Shown piece by piece: positions 18,907-28,262 of a stretch of 64,000 nucleotides of DNA (the first letter of the stretch is position 1; each line of letters starts with the position of its first letter). Source of the stretch: a virus; IMG/VR virus record IMGVR_UViG_3300021963_005683, positions 6,078 through 70,077 of that record; one strand, written 5' to 3'. Position numbers and translations under genes: made by a program. The notes under the pieces were generated by a model. The model had not been told where the DNA came from. It searched no databases and saw only the letters and a program-made list of their open reading frames with translations.

Positions 18907-20286
18907 TTATAACTCTATTAACTTAAATTTTTGTTTTGGTTTCCAATTTGCAAATGCTCCTTCCATACCTTCAACTAATGAATCACACATTGCTTCCTTA
19001 CTCAATTTTCCTTCTCCTATGAAATGTTTTCTACCTTTTAGTCCTGCTGCTTTTCTTTCCTCTCTACCTATCATATACCAATCCATAATTAAAGGAGCAA
19101 TATCTTCAAAATCAAGTCTATCATCAAAAATATATGGAGTAGGAACTGAACCTGTTGTTGAACGAACCGGCCAAATTGGTTTAACCCAATCTCCCCAAAC
19201 TACACCTGCTTTTTTATGTCTATCATGTAACGAACCAATTTCAACATAATCTTCTGCAGTTAGTAATTTACCCGTTCCTTTATCTCTAAACCCACATTGG
19301 TCTTGCATACCACCTGATACATTTAGTATAATTGGTGTACCCGCCATTACTGATTCTGCAGTTGCTAATCCAAATCCTTCGTTTGATGCTACATTGATTG
19401 TTACATCAGCTATATTATATAGATAGTTTAATTCTTGCTCCGTATATTTGTTGGGTGCAAATATAATATTTGCTTCCGGAATACAATGTTCTATAAATGT
19501 AGGTAAATCCGTACCATGCTCTTCAACAGGTTGGGTATGCATTACCATACAAATCTTATCTCGTTTATCTTCAGGCAATGCCTCTCTAAATTTATCAAAT
19601 GCCAACATAGCATCCATTGGTTGTTTTCTACGAATATTTCTATTATTCCAATATAGAACAAATTCATATTCTTTATCACCAAATATACTTTGTTTAAATT
19701 CTTTTGGAACTTCTACCGGCTTATATAAATCAGAATTAATACCATGTGGTACATAGCTTACTTGCCAATCTGCAGGTTTAGTCCAATGTTTTTCTTTATC
19801 CCAACCCCACACTCTACGGGTAATACCATAAGTTTGTTTTGAAATACATCCAATCCAATCGCAACTTTCGTAGTAATTTCTATTATATTTTGGGTCTGGT
19901 AAATCATCCCAAATATGATAAAAGAAAAGAGGAACTGATTGGCGAATTTCATGCTCAATCTCATATAACCACAACCAATATCTCGGGTCGGTAAAATGTA
20001 GAATTGCATCAGGTTTTTCAACCATTAATAACTGACGAATAATATCAGGGTTACCATATCCATCCGATGGATAGATTTTAACACTTGCATCTTTTACGCC
20101 GGTTTGTTCTCTAACACTATCATTTAAATCTAAAATTTTCCCTGCTTCGGGATGTTTAATTGCTGCACCTAATTGAACCCAATCGTACTTATCCAATGTA
20201 CCTAATACTAATTGTTTAGATACATTAGCTATACCACTCGTCATTCTAAGGTCATCCGAAAGTAACAGAATCTTCTTTTTTGCCAT
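18907..20286 (-). CDS. Glycosyltransferase family 4 (GT-B)
   Basis: NRNIRRK, NEGFGLATAES..AGTP. Confidence 0.88.
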   Translation of the reverse strand: MAKKKILLLSDDLRMTSGIANVSKQLVLGTLDKYDWVQLGAAIKHPEAGKILDLNDSVREQTGVKDASVKIYPSDGYGNPDIIRQLLMVEKPDAILHFTDPRYWLWLYEIEHEIRQSVPLFFYHIWDDLPDPKYNRNYYESCDWIGCISKQTYGITRRVWGWDKEKHWTKPADWQVSYVPHGINSDLYKPVEVPKEFKQSIFGDKEYEFVLYWNNRNIRRKQPMDAMLAFDKFREALPEDKRDKICMVMHTQPVEEHGTDLPTFIEHCIPEANIIFAPNKYTEQELNYLYNIADVTINVASNEGFGLATAESVMAGTPIILNVSGGMQDQCGFRDKGTGKLLTAEDYVEIGSLHDRHKKAGVVWGDWVKPIWPVRSTTGSVPTPYIFDDRLDFEDIAPLIMDWYMIGREERKAAGLKGRKHFIGEGKLSKEAMCDSLVEGMEGAFANWKPKQKFKLIEL

Positions 20287-20301
20287 AACTTATTTTGTTT
20301 C

Positions 20302-20499
20302 TTAAAATTGTGAACCACTTATTTGTAAAATAGTGTATTCATTTAATTGTTTTCTAAATTCTTCGTTTTTTGTGTAAAGGTCTAAGGTTCTATTAACGAG
20401 TTTTTGAAAATTGATACCACCATGTATTGTGATAATCTTAAAGTCCTCATCATATAACCTTTTTATAACCTTAACAGTTGTTAATTTTAAATCTGCCAT
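20302..20499 (-). CDS. Small putative ribbon-helix-helix DNA-binding protein
   Basis: LTTVKV strand followed by two helices (FQKLVNRTLDLY); palindrome directly upstream. Confidence 0.5.
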   Translation of the reverse strand: MADLKLTTVKVIKRLYDEDFKIITIHGGINFQKLVNRTLDLYTKNEEFRKQLNEYTILQISGSQF

Positions 20500-20537
20500 A
20501 GTTGATAATATTTGTATATACATATATATACAAAAAA

Positions 20538-21398
20538 TTATTTTCCATCACAATGTGTTCCCAAAAATTCACACCAACTACAAAGTTTTGATGGCTTTTT
20601 GAAAAATCCTATATCTGTTCTATATGAACCATCTTCATTAAATACGTTACCCACAAATTCAGTAAATCCTTTCCATGCTTTATTCATAGATGGTTTACCA
20701 CTAGCTGGCACGTGTCTACTAATGCGTGGAATATGGTAATCTGCATTTTCCGATACCTTGCGTTTTAGAATCATAAACTCCACATCGATAATATCAGGTG
20801 AAATATTTAATAACTCTGCGTAAAATTTCTTATACAAAAGTATTTGAGTGTTTTTAACCGGGTCTGCTTTTTGGTATTTGCTCCAACCTTTAGTGGATGT
20901 TTTGAAATCGGTAATACGATATCTGCCAGTTGTTTTACTTCTAACAATGAAATCTATAAATCCTAAAAAGTTAATGTGTTCACCTATCTTAGTATTAATA
21001 ACTTGCTCAATAGCAACTAATTCATCATCTTGTAAAGAAAAGAAGTTATTGAAGTTTTTTGATTTCTGAAAGTAATCTAAAATTAGATACCCATCTTCTA
21101 AGAACTCTACTAATTCTTCTTTAGAACATATAGGGTCTTTTCCTTCGTTGGATTCTTTGATAAAGAATTCTCTCATTTTTTCTTTAAGAAAAACCTTCGT
21201 ATCCATTCCCTTATCAGCTTGTGATTTGGAGATACGAAGGCATCTACTTAAATACTCTTGCAATGTTTCGTGCATTGCTGACCCAAATACAGAATGTATA
21301 TTGGATTTTGATGTGGATAAACCATCTATGTAAGATAGTTTATATTGTTGTGGACAATTACTCCACATACTATATTGTGAAAATGATACTCTAGCCAT
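20538..21398 (-). CDS. PD-(D/E)XK exonuclease (RecB/Cas4-like)
   Basis: CP, FGSAMH, GFID...DFKT, Q..LY and a C-terminal CxxC..C. Confidence 0.85.
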   Translation of the reverse strand: MARVSFSQYSMWSNCPQQYKLSYIDGLSTSKSNIHSVFGSAMHETLQEYLSRCLRISKSQADKGMDTKVFLKEKMREFFIKESNEGKDPICSKEELVEFLEDGYLILDYFQKSKNFNNFFSLQDDELVAIEQVINTKIGEHINFLGFIDFIVRSKTTGRYRITDFKTSTKGWSKYQKADPVKNTQILLYKKFYAELLNISPDIIDVEFMILKRKVSENADYHIPRISRHVPASGKPSMNKAWKGFTEFVGNVFNEDGSYRTDIGFFKKPSKLCSWCEFLGTHCDGK

Positions 21399-21402
21399 AT
21401 AA

Positions 21403-21434
21403 CAAATATACGAATTTTATTTCAATAAACCAAA
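21403..21434 (-). promoter_or_regulatory. Bacteroidota-type promoter
   Basis: TTTG-N20-TATATTTG, 4 nt before the ATG. Confidence 0.7.
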
Positions 21435-21437
21435 GAA

Positions 21438-21890
21438 TTATATCTTTAATTTAAGTTTCGTAATTTGTTTTTTCTCTACGCCATACATTTCACAAATGTA
21501 TTTTATATTCTCTCTACCTTCTCTAGTTGAGTAAAGGATATCTATATATTCTAATGCCTGTGATTCTGGCACCGAATAATCTTTCTTAACCAATTCAACT
21601 AAAAACTCCTCATACTTATCTTCGGATTTTCCTTTTGTATATTTCAAATATTGCTTACCCTTTGGTAAAACACCAATATACAATTTGTACATTTCCTTTG
21701 GTTGAAGAGTTTGGGTTAAAGGTAATAGGGATGCAATGAGTTCAACCCATTCCGGCTTCATAGAAAGGAATCGATTAATCATAAAGTTACTCCACGATTT
21801 TAAATCCTCTTCCGATAATTTATCGAAATAGTTTGGGTCTTGCTCCGCCGTAATTGCATTAAGATGGTCGAATAACTTTTTAACTGCCAT
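21438..21890 (-). CDS. Probable clamp-loader small subunit (T4 gp62-like)
   Basis: LFD.LNAI and FMINRFLSM motifs; next to the clamp loader and clamp. Confidence 0.6.
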   Translation of the reverse strand: MAVKKLFDHLNAITAEQDPNYFDKLSEEDLKSWSNFMINRFLSMKPEWVELIASLLPLTQTLQPKEMYKLYIGVLPKGKQYLKYTKGKSEDKYEEFLVELVKKDYSVPESQALEYIDILYSTREGRENIKYICEMYGVEKKQITKLKLKI

Positions 21891-22129
21891 TATTTTTCTT
21901 CTTTTGGAGTTTTCAATTCATCGGGTAGAAACTCTTGTAATGGTTTACCGCAATTTGTACATAAGAATACTTCGAATGGCATAACAGTATCTTTTTCACC
22001 ACCTGTTAATAATTTAGAAGCCTTACGGAATCTATAACCCGGCATAAAGATTAAATTACCACATTCACATGGTACATCTCGTGTATCTTTTAAATCAATC
22101 TGCGGTTGTTGAAATTGTTCGTTTATCAT
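21890..22129 (-). CDS. Small Zn-ribbon protein
   Basis: CECG...CTNCG. Confidence 0.65.
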   Translation of the reverse strand: MINEQFQQPQIDLKDTRDVPCECGNLIFMPGYRFRKASKLLTGGEKDTVMPFEVFLCTNCGKPLQEFLPDELKTPKEEK

Positions 22130-23073
22130 TTTATAATATTTAAAATTTGAATAATTGTGCTCATAAACACTATCTCTTTATCTACTACTAAAGCATCTTT
22201 TGATAATCCATCTGCTATGGTAAGTATTACATTTGCTGTATTTCCAGCAGCGTAATCATCTACCTTATCATATAACATAGAATACATTTCTGAATAATCA
22301 TTTAATCTATTATCAGCTACTGCTTGTCTAATATTTATGAACAAATTTCGTTTATCATTTGATGATTTAAGAAGTTCAATCAACTTAGTTTGGAAATTGG
22401 ATTCAACCATAATTGCATGGTCTACTTTTAATTCTCCTTTTGCCGATTGTAGTTGGCAAGTATTTAGGATTCTACGAATATCTGGATAATAAGAACTAAC
22501 AATATCAGCTACATTCTTAATATCATATATAATCTTTTCAGAATCTAATATTTTTGCTACCTGAATTGCCACATCCTTTTTAGTCGGAGGTGTGATTGCG
22601 AAAGATTGACATCTACTCTGAATCGGGTCTATGATTTTCTCAATGTAATTACACGTCAAAATAAAACGGCAATGCTTACTGAATGTTTCCATTAAGTTAC
22701 GAAGAATTGCCTGTGCGTTTGGAGTCATATAATCAAACTCATCTAAGATGATTACTTTGAATCCAGAGAATCCTACTGATGATGCAAATCCTTTTACTTT
22801 GTTACGAACGGTATCAACATTATTTTCATCCGATGCATTGATAATCATAAAGTCACATTTGATTGTGTTTACGATTAACTTTGCTAATGTGGTTTTACCC
22901 GTACCCGCTTTACCATAAAGTAGTAAGTGAGGGATATCGTTGTTATCCAAATATTGTTGAATTGTTTCTTTGATGGTTTCATTACCAACATAATCAGCAA
23001 GAGTTTGTGGGCGGTATTTTTCCACCCATAAGCTATGCTCTCTTTTATTAATATCGTTTGCGAAAAAGCTCAT
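22126..23073 (-). CDS. Clamp loader AAA+ subunit (RFC/gp44-like)
   Basis: WVEKYRP, GKAGTGKT, INASDE, LDEFD, SRC motif. Confidence 0.95.
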   Translation of the reverse strand: MSFFANDINKREHSLWVEKYRPQTLADYVGNETIKETIQQYLDNNDIPHLLLYGKAGTGKTTLAKLIVNTIKCDFMIINASDENNVDTVRNKVKGFASSVGFSGFKVIILDEFDYMTPNAQAILRNLMETFSKHCRFILTCNYIEKIIDPIQSRCQSFAITPPTKKDVAIQVAKILDSEKIIYDIKNVADIVSSYYPDIRRILNTCQLQSAKGELKVDHAIMVESNFQTKLIELLKSSNDKRNLFINIRQAVADNRLNDYSEMYSMLYDKVDDYAAGNTANVILTIADGLSKDALVVDKEIVFMSTIIQILNIIK

Positions 23074-23079
23074 ATTGTA

Positions 23080-23505
23080 TTATTTTCCTGTTGAACCGAA
23101 TCCGCCTTGGCCTCTATCGGTGTTATTTAATTCATTTACTTCTTCAAATTCAATTGTTGGATGTGGGATAATCATAATTTGACAAATCCTATCACCCACT
23201 TTATACGCAAGTGAATCCAATCCGTTTTCTTTTTTAAATGTAGCTTGGATTTCACCTCTATATCCACTATCAATTACACCAACTGAATTTGATAATATTA
23301 ACTCATACTTCCTAATTGATGAACGAGGAAATACTAATCCTACAAATCCTTCGGGAATTTCTAATGCAATATCAGTTCCATATGTAACATCAAATGTTGT
23401 ATTGGATATAATTTTAGTTGCTACTAAATCCATACCGGCATCCCCACTTTTTGCATATGTGGGGATAACGGCATCAGAATGTAATTTTTTAATCTTTACT
23501 TTCAT
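23080..23505 (-). CDS. dut: dUTPase (trimeric)
   Basis: AGMDL, PRSS, GVIDSGYRGE, RGQGGFGSTG. Confidence 0.96.
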   Translation of the reverse strand: MKVKIKKLHSDAVIPTYAKSGDAGMDLVATKIISNTTFDVTYGTDIALEIPEGFVGLVFPRSSIRKYELILSNSVGVIDSGYRGEIQATFKKENGLDSLAYKVGDRICQIMIIPHPTIEFEEVNELNNTDRGQGGFGSTGK

Positions 23506-23797
23506 TTTCTTTTTTTCTTTCTAATTTTGTTTCTTCAGAAATTGGTCTCGGGAAGATTTTAAATATCATTCCATTTTGTTGGAAATTTAATCCTTGTCCT
23601 TCGTTTGGTTCAATTTTCATTTGTAATGGTGTAGCGGTTTCGCCTTCATTTGAGAATGCAAATACTACCGGCTCATTGTTAAAAAATTGAAAACACCATT
23701 CTGCATCTGCAATTGGGTTTGCTTCAGGTACATTGATACTACCCGCATCTTGTTGTTGTAATTTCTCTTCTGGAAATAAGTCTAATTGTTCTGCCAT
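23489..23797 (-). CDS. Hypothetical protein with an N-terminal QLDLF motif
   Basis: Starts MAEQLDLFPEE. Confidence 0.6.
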   Translation of the reverse strand: MAEQLDLFPEEKLQQQDAGSINVPEANPIADAEWCFQFFNNEPVVFAFSNEGETATPLQMKIEPNEGQGLNFQQNGMIFKIFPRPISEETKLERKKENESKD

Positions 23798-23802
23798 TTT
23801 TA

Positions 23803-24516
23803 TTAATTTGAAATTTCTACTAAATAATATTTACATACGAATTCATCTATGATAAACTCAACGTGTGCCAATCCATCTACAGATACGTTTAGTTTAGCGG
23901 ATGTTGCTTCTTTGTTAGCCGTTAAGATTTCTTTAAGATACTTAGCGGAGAAAGAAATTGGTTTAACTTCACCGGCATATCCTTTTTGGCAAGTAAATGT
24001 TACTCTATTTGTGGAAATGGTTGAATAACCGATTGCCATTTTCAAATCACCACCTTCAGTAAATACAGTAAATGTATCGATATCAGATAATGCACCCTTT
24101 GCTTTGATAAACTTATCAATCATAGTAGATGCCATCTCAATTGAGATACCAAATTCAGGTAATACTTTCAAATCTGGCACAACAGGAATTACACCCAAAT
24201 CAGCCAATTGATACGAAGTTTCAGTTTCTTCTGAATTTAACTTCAATACAGTTGCTCTATCGCCAACCATATCAACATTTAAAGATAAATCATTATCTAA
24301 AATGCCTAATAAATTTTTTAACAATGATGTAGTGTAAATACCAACATTGAATGGTTTTGATGTAAAACCATTAAAATCCACTTCACCCAACATAGTCTTA
24401 TCATCTGAAATGAAACGTACAGATAGTTTGTTTCCTTCTGCATTCCATGCTACTGATTCGATAACTCCACCTAGTGAATACTTTTGGATGAATCTTTGTA
24501 AATTTTGTTTGTTCAT
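23803..24516 (-). CDS. Sliding clamp (gp45/PCNA-like)
   Basis: 237 aa, beta-rich, FSAKYL and C-terminal YYL; lies between PolB and the clamp loader. Confidence 0.75.
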   Translation of the reverse strand: MNKQNLQRFIQKYSLGGVIESVAWNAEGNKLSVRFISDDKTMLGEVDFNGFTSKPFNVGIYTTSLLKNLLGILDNDLSLNVDMVGDRATVLKLNSEETETSYQLADLGVIPVVPDLKVLPEFGISIEMASTMIDKFIKAKGALSDIDTFTVFTEGGDLKMAIGYSTISTNRVTFTCQKGYAGEVKPISFSAKYLKEILTANKEATSAKLNVSVDGLAHVEFIIDEFVCKYYLVEISN

Positions 24517-24552
24517 AATCTAATTTTTAAATTTTATTTTATTGTTATTGTG

Positions 24553-24584
24553 TAAATATACGAAAATATTTCGAATGTTCCAAA
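24553..24584 (-). promoter_or_regulatory. Bacteroidota-type promoter
   Basis: TTTG-N20-TATATTTA. Confidence 0.6.
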
Positions 24585-27146
24585 TTAAAATGAGAAAAAC
24601 TTTTTCGCAGTTAGGGATTCGGTTGAAGCTTTCTGCCATTTAAGTGCGGTATAGAAGTCATCAACCTTATTTTCCATATCCGATGCATATAATTTATCTC
24701 TATCAATATATTGTTCTACGAAATCCATAATTTCTTTTGGGTCATTATAATCCTTAAACGCCACCGTATCTAATCCCAATGGATTATTTTTAAGATATAC
24801 CCATTTAACCTTATCACCATCTCTAATTGGTTCGTGCTTATATGGTGCATTAAAGAATTTCAATAATCGATTATAAGTAATTCCAGCTTTAACGTGCGCT
24901 GGAGTTCCTTTCTCAAAAGATGCAATTGATAACCCACTATCTTTTCTCCAAGTACCATTATCATATTTACTTAACTCTTTGATTGCTCCACCCTTTGCTA
25001 TCTTATTAACCGGTAAATTAATCATACTAGCTTTAAATGCCAATAACTTTGTATCAACATACTCATTATCTTTACCCATAAGGATATCTTTCAACATACC
25101 ACTCATTTGGTCCTGAAATGCTTTTGGAAAAGATGAACGAACTACATCCAATCCTTTAACATCTAACTTATCGCAAGGGATACCATTCTTCAATACCATC
25201 CATTGTGCATATCGTTTCTTAGCTACCCAAAATCCTGCTTTAGAGATAAATTCTTTTTTAATCTCAAATCTATGCTTCTCTTTTGGAATAAAAAAGAATC
25301 TTTCAGCCAACATATCATAGAATGAGTTTAAGAATGTTTGTGTTTCGGTTGCAATATTATCCACCTCAACTGCCATTCTCTTTTCATCGAATGTCTTATA
25401 ATCTGGGTATCTATGTTTTACCAATGGTTCTGCCATCATATAGATTGAATCCGTATCAATATAAACATTGTAGTCATCGGTTGTTCCTAATTCTTTCCAA
25501 TATTTTCTATTTGCCATCTCCGCTGTTTTCTTAATAACAGTTTGACCCGTAACCGTAACTGCCTCTGCATTATCAATATCGTAAAACCGAAAGGCAGGAA
25601 GGCCAAGAACACCATACATAGAATTAAGAAGAATCTTCTGAACCAACTGCCTTTTAGCATAAAAGTCATATTTCTCCGTATCACCCGCTTCACCATATTG
25701 TTTTTCTAATTTTCTGAACTCAACACGTTTTTCAAACCAATCATTTAAAATATCAGCGATAAGACCCTTCTTATCCTGTGTATATAGAACCCCATTTGCC
25801 GCAACACCTAAATTACTATCTTTGATAACTTCCTTCAGTTCCTGAGTCGTATATGAGTACTCACCGCCATCCTTACCCACTAACTTATATGTCGTATCTA
25901 ATCCTTTAATATTAGCCTCTGCATCCCAATTTTCAATCTTACCAACTTTTGTTTCGGGACTGATATTTAGGGTCATAATGATTGATGGATATAGGGATGT
26001 TAAATCCAAATCATAAATCCAATCATACTTACCAACGATGGGTTCTTTTACATATGCCCCAATAAACTTCTCTTGGTTGTTATCCCTAAGAGCCTGCATT
26101 CTTTCTTTCCTATCTCGTGGTTTATTAGTTGCTACCAATCCTTTCTTTTTAAGATATCCTAAACAAGCTCCTTCTAACCACTTTGATGAATAAATGTAAT
26201 CTTCATATGGTACATATCCAGCGTGACAAACGGCTCTACATAATTCAATAAATTGAAGTTTATCATCCATCGATACAACTAAGTCCACATCGACAATGTT
26301 ATACTCAATAAACTTTTCCAAATCATTTTCGAATAAATCATCTAAACTTCCTTCGTACTCAATCTTACCTCTACCCAATTCTTTTGTTGAAATATAATTT
26401 AAGGTATAAGATGCTTCTAATGAATATGTGTATGTTTTATATAGGTTGATGTAATCCAAAATAGATACACCACCAAAACTAAACTTCTCTCTATATGGTG
26501 ACCAGAATGCCTGTCCTATTGGTGATAGTCTTTTAGCATGTCCTTCACCACATACATTCTTTAATCGGTTATACAAATAGGGAATATCAAAGAAATCGAT
26601 ATTCCAACCCGTTAGAATTGTTGGGTTTACTTCTTCGTAATAATTAAGGAACGCCTGTAATAGATTTCTTTCGTTATCGAATATGTGAAGAGTAACTTCT
26701 CTACCATCTTTGTTAAAGTTTTTGGCTTTATTCTTAACCTTACGTTCTTTATCTAATACAAATACATCATACAGCTTTGTTGCTCCATCGTGTGCAGCAA
26801 TGGCCGTAATTTCATTCTTTGCATCTTTTGTGTTTGGTAGACCTGATATCATTTCTACCTCAATATCGAAGGTAAGAACCCTATGTCCTTTTGATGGTAA
26901 ATCGTTATCGTATATATCTACTAAAACTCTCGTTGTTTCGGGAACATCTGATTCAAATAAATCTTCAGCATCTTCCTTTTCCCATTTACCAACTTTGGTT
27001 AATTTATCACCATACATAGAAAGGTACTCACCATGTGTATCTCGTTTATATGCATACTTTCGATATGGGAAAGTTTGATATCCACTTTTATCATCCCATA
27101 GATGAATCAAATTCTTTTGCCTTTCGTAATAAATATTTTGATACAT
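24585..27146 (-). CDS. DNA polymerase family B (gp43-like)
   Basis: Exo DIE and GWNIDFFD; pol DLTSLYPS, KILLNSMYG, YIDTDS, KKRY. Confidence 0.97.
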   Translation of the reverse strand: MYQNIYYERQKNLIHLWDDKSGYQTFPYRKYAYKRDTHGEYLSMYGDKLTKVGKWEKEDAEDLFESDVPETTRVLVDIYDNDLPSKGHRVLTFDIEVEMISGLPNTKDAKNEITAIAAHDGATKLYDVFVLDKERKVKNKAKNFNKDGREVTLHIFDNERNLLQAFLNYYEEVNPTILTGWNIDFFDIPYLYNRLKNVCGEGHAKRLSPIGQAFWSPYREKFSFGGVSILDYINLYKTYTYSLEASYTLNYISTKELGRGKIEYEGSLDDLFENDLEKFIEYNIVDVDLVVSMDDKLQFIELCRAVCHAGYVPYEDYIYSSKWLEGACLGYLKKKGLVATNKPRDRKERMQALRDNNQEKFIGAYVKEPIVGKYDWIYDLDLTSLYPSIIMTLNISPETKVGKIENWDAEANIKGLDTTYKLVGKDGGEYSYTTQELKEVIKDSNLGVAANGVLYTQDKKGLIADILNDWFEKRVEFRKLEKQYGEAGDTEKYDFYAKRQLVQKILLNSMYGVLGLPAFRFYDIDNAEAVTVTGQTVIKKTAEMANRKYWKELGTTDDYNVYIDTDSIYMMAEPLVKHRYPDYKTFDEKRMAVEVDNIATETQTFLNSFYDMLAERFFFIPKEKHRFEIKKEFISKAGFWVAKKRYAQWMVLKNGIPCDKLDVKGLDVVRSSFPKAFQDQMSGMLKDILMGKDNEYVDTKLLAFKASMINLPVNKIAKGGAIKELSKYDNGTWRKDSGLSIASFEKGTPAHVKAGITYNRLLKFFNAPYKHEPIRDGDKVKWVYLKNNPLGLDTVAFKDYNDPKEIMDFVEQYIDRDKLYASDMENKVDDFYTALKWQKASTESLTAKKFFSF

Positions 27147-28261
27147 TATCCTCTTAGTTTTTCGTTTAATATTTTAATCATCCTACTATCATTTTCAGAT
27201 AGCTTCTTTGCTCTCTCAATTGCTTTATTAGATAATTCTAATCTATGATTTTCATCATCTAATATTTTATCTAACATATTAAACAAATCCTTTTTATATT
27301 TAAAAAATAGTCCATCTGGCTCTATTTCTTTATAACAATCTGATTCCTGAAATATCATAGGAGTACCATTCATCATACAATCGGTAGCTGCTACACTCCA
27401 ACCATAGTTTGTCTGCCTCATTTGAATTCCAACCGAACATGATTGTAATTTTTTATAATAATCATGCTTAGCTACTTTGGTATTATCAACCCAACTAAAT
27501 TCAGGCTTACCATCTAATTGCGGCACCCAAACTTTGAAATCTTGTCTACGTCCTCTATATTCTTCCATCAACTTAATAAAAGATGGATATCCTTTATATG
27601 CAGCCGCCCTATGATTGAATACAATAACTTTTTCTTTTGGTTTAGGTGATTCGATAATTTTTGTAACATCTATTCCTAAATTCCACACTACTAATATACT
27701 ACTTAATTTTTGAATAAACAAATCATTGAACCATAATTTTGCTTCTTCTAAAACTCTATCTTTTTGTTCTTGCGTATTTAAAAAGCAAGTTTCCATTTGA
27801 GATACCCCCAATAGTTCAATCGGCATCCATCTCCATTTGTTTTTTCTATCTTCCGCATTGCAAGATTTCATTTCCCACCAATGGCAGTATCCAATTACAT
27901 TGGTTTTGAAATCGTTCTTATATCTACCAACTTGCGGCCAATCGGGCAAATGTGAATATATTACATCATATTCTAATGTTTCCAACAAACGATTCATATC
28001 GGGTGGATATGTTCTCATTTTAATCATATCACCTGAAAATTGAAGTATATGTTGCTTTACATTTATTAGATTTAATTTCTTAACGGGTTGTGGTAATATA
28101 ATATTCCAAAAGAATTCTCCATGCGATTCCAATGATTTTATATGATTGTATATAACATCTACAAAAGAATCCTTTTCAATATTGGAAGAGTTGGTGATAT
28201 TAGGTATCACCAACACTTTCCTTGCTTTATTGTATTCTACACTTTCCCAAAATATACTCAT
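27146..28261 (-). CDS. GT-B glycosyltransferase translationally coupled to PolB
   Basis: FNHR...KG and WSVAATDCMMNGTP; stop overlaps the PolB ATG. Confidence 0.75.
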   Translation of the reverse strand: MSIFWESVEYNKARKVLVIPNITNSSNIEKDSFVDVIYNHIKSLESHGEFFWNIILPQPVKKLNLINVKQHILQFSGDMIKMRTYPPDMNRLLETLEYDVIYSHLPDWPQVGRYKNDFKTNVIGYCHWWEMKSCNAEDRKNKWRWMPIELLGVSQMETCFLNTQEQKDRVLEEAKLWFNDLFIQKLSSILVVWNLGIDVTKIIESPKPKEKVIVFNHRAAAYKGYPSFIKLMEEYRGRRQDFKVWVPQLDGKPEFSWVDNTKVAKHDYYKKLQSCSVGIQMRQTNYGWSVAATDCMMNGTPMIFQESDCYKEIEPDGLFFKYKKDLFNMLDKILDDENHRLELSNKAIERAKKLSENDSRMIKILNEKLRG

Positions 28262-28262
28262 A

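Noticed and set aside
2511-20286. Bacterial chromosome or LPS locus contamination
   Set aside because: The genes are interleaved with phage-type hypothetical genes, share strand and promoter motifs, and lack transport or polymerase genes.
20538-21398. Cas4-like nuclease as evidence of CRISPR-Cas
   Set aside because: No repeat-spacer array or other cas gene is visible; stand-alone PD-(D/E)XK nucleases are common in phage replication blocks.
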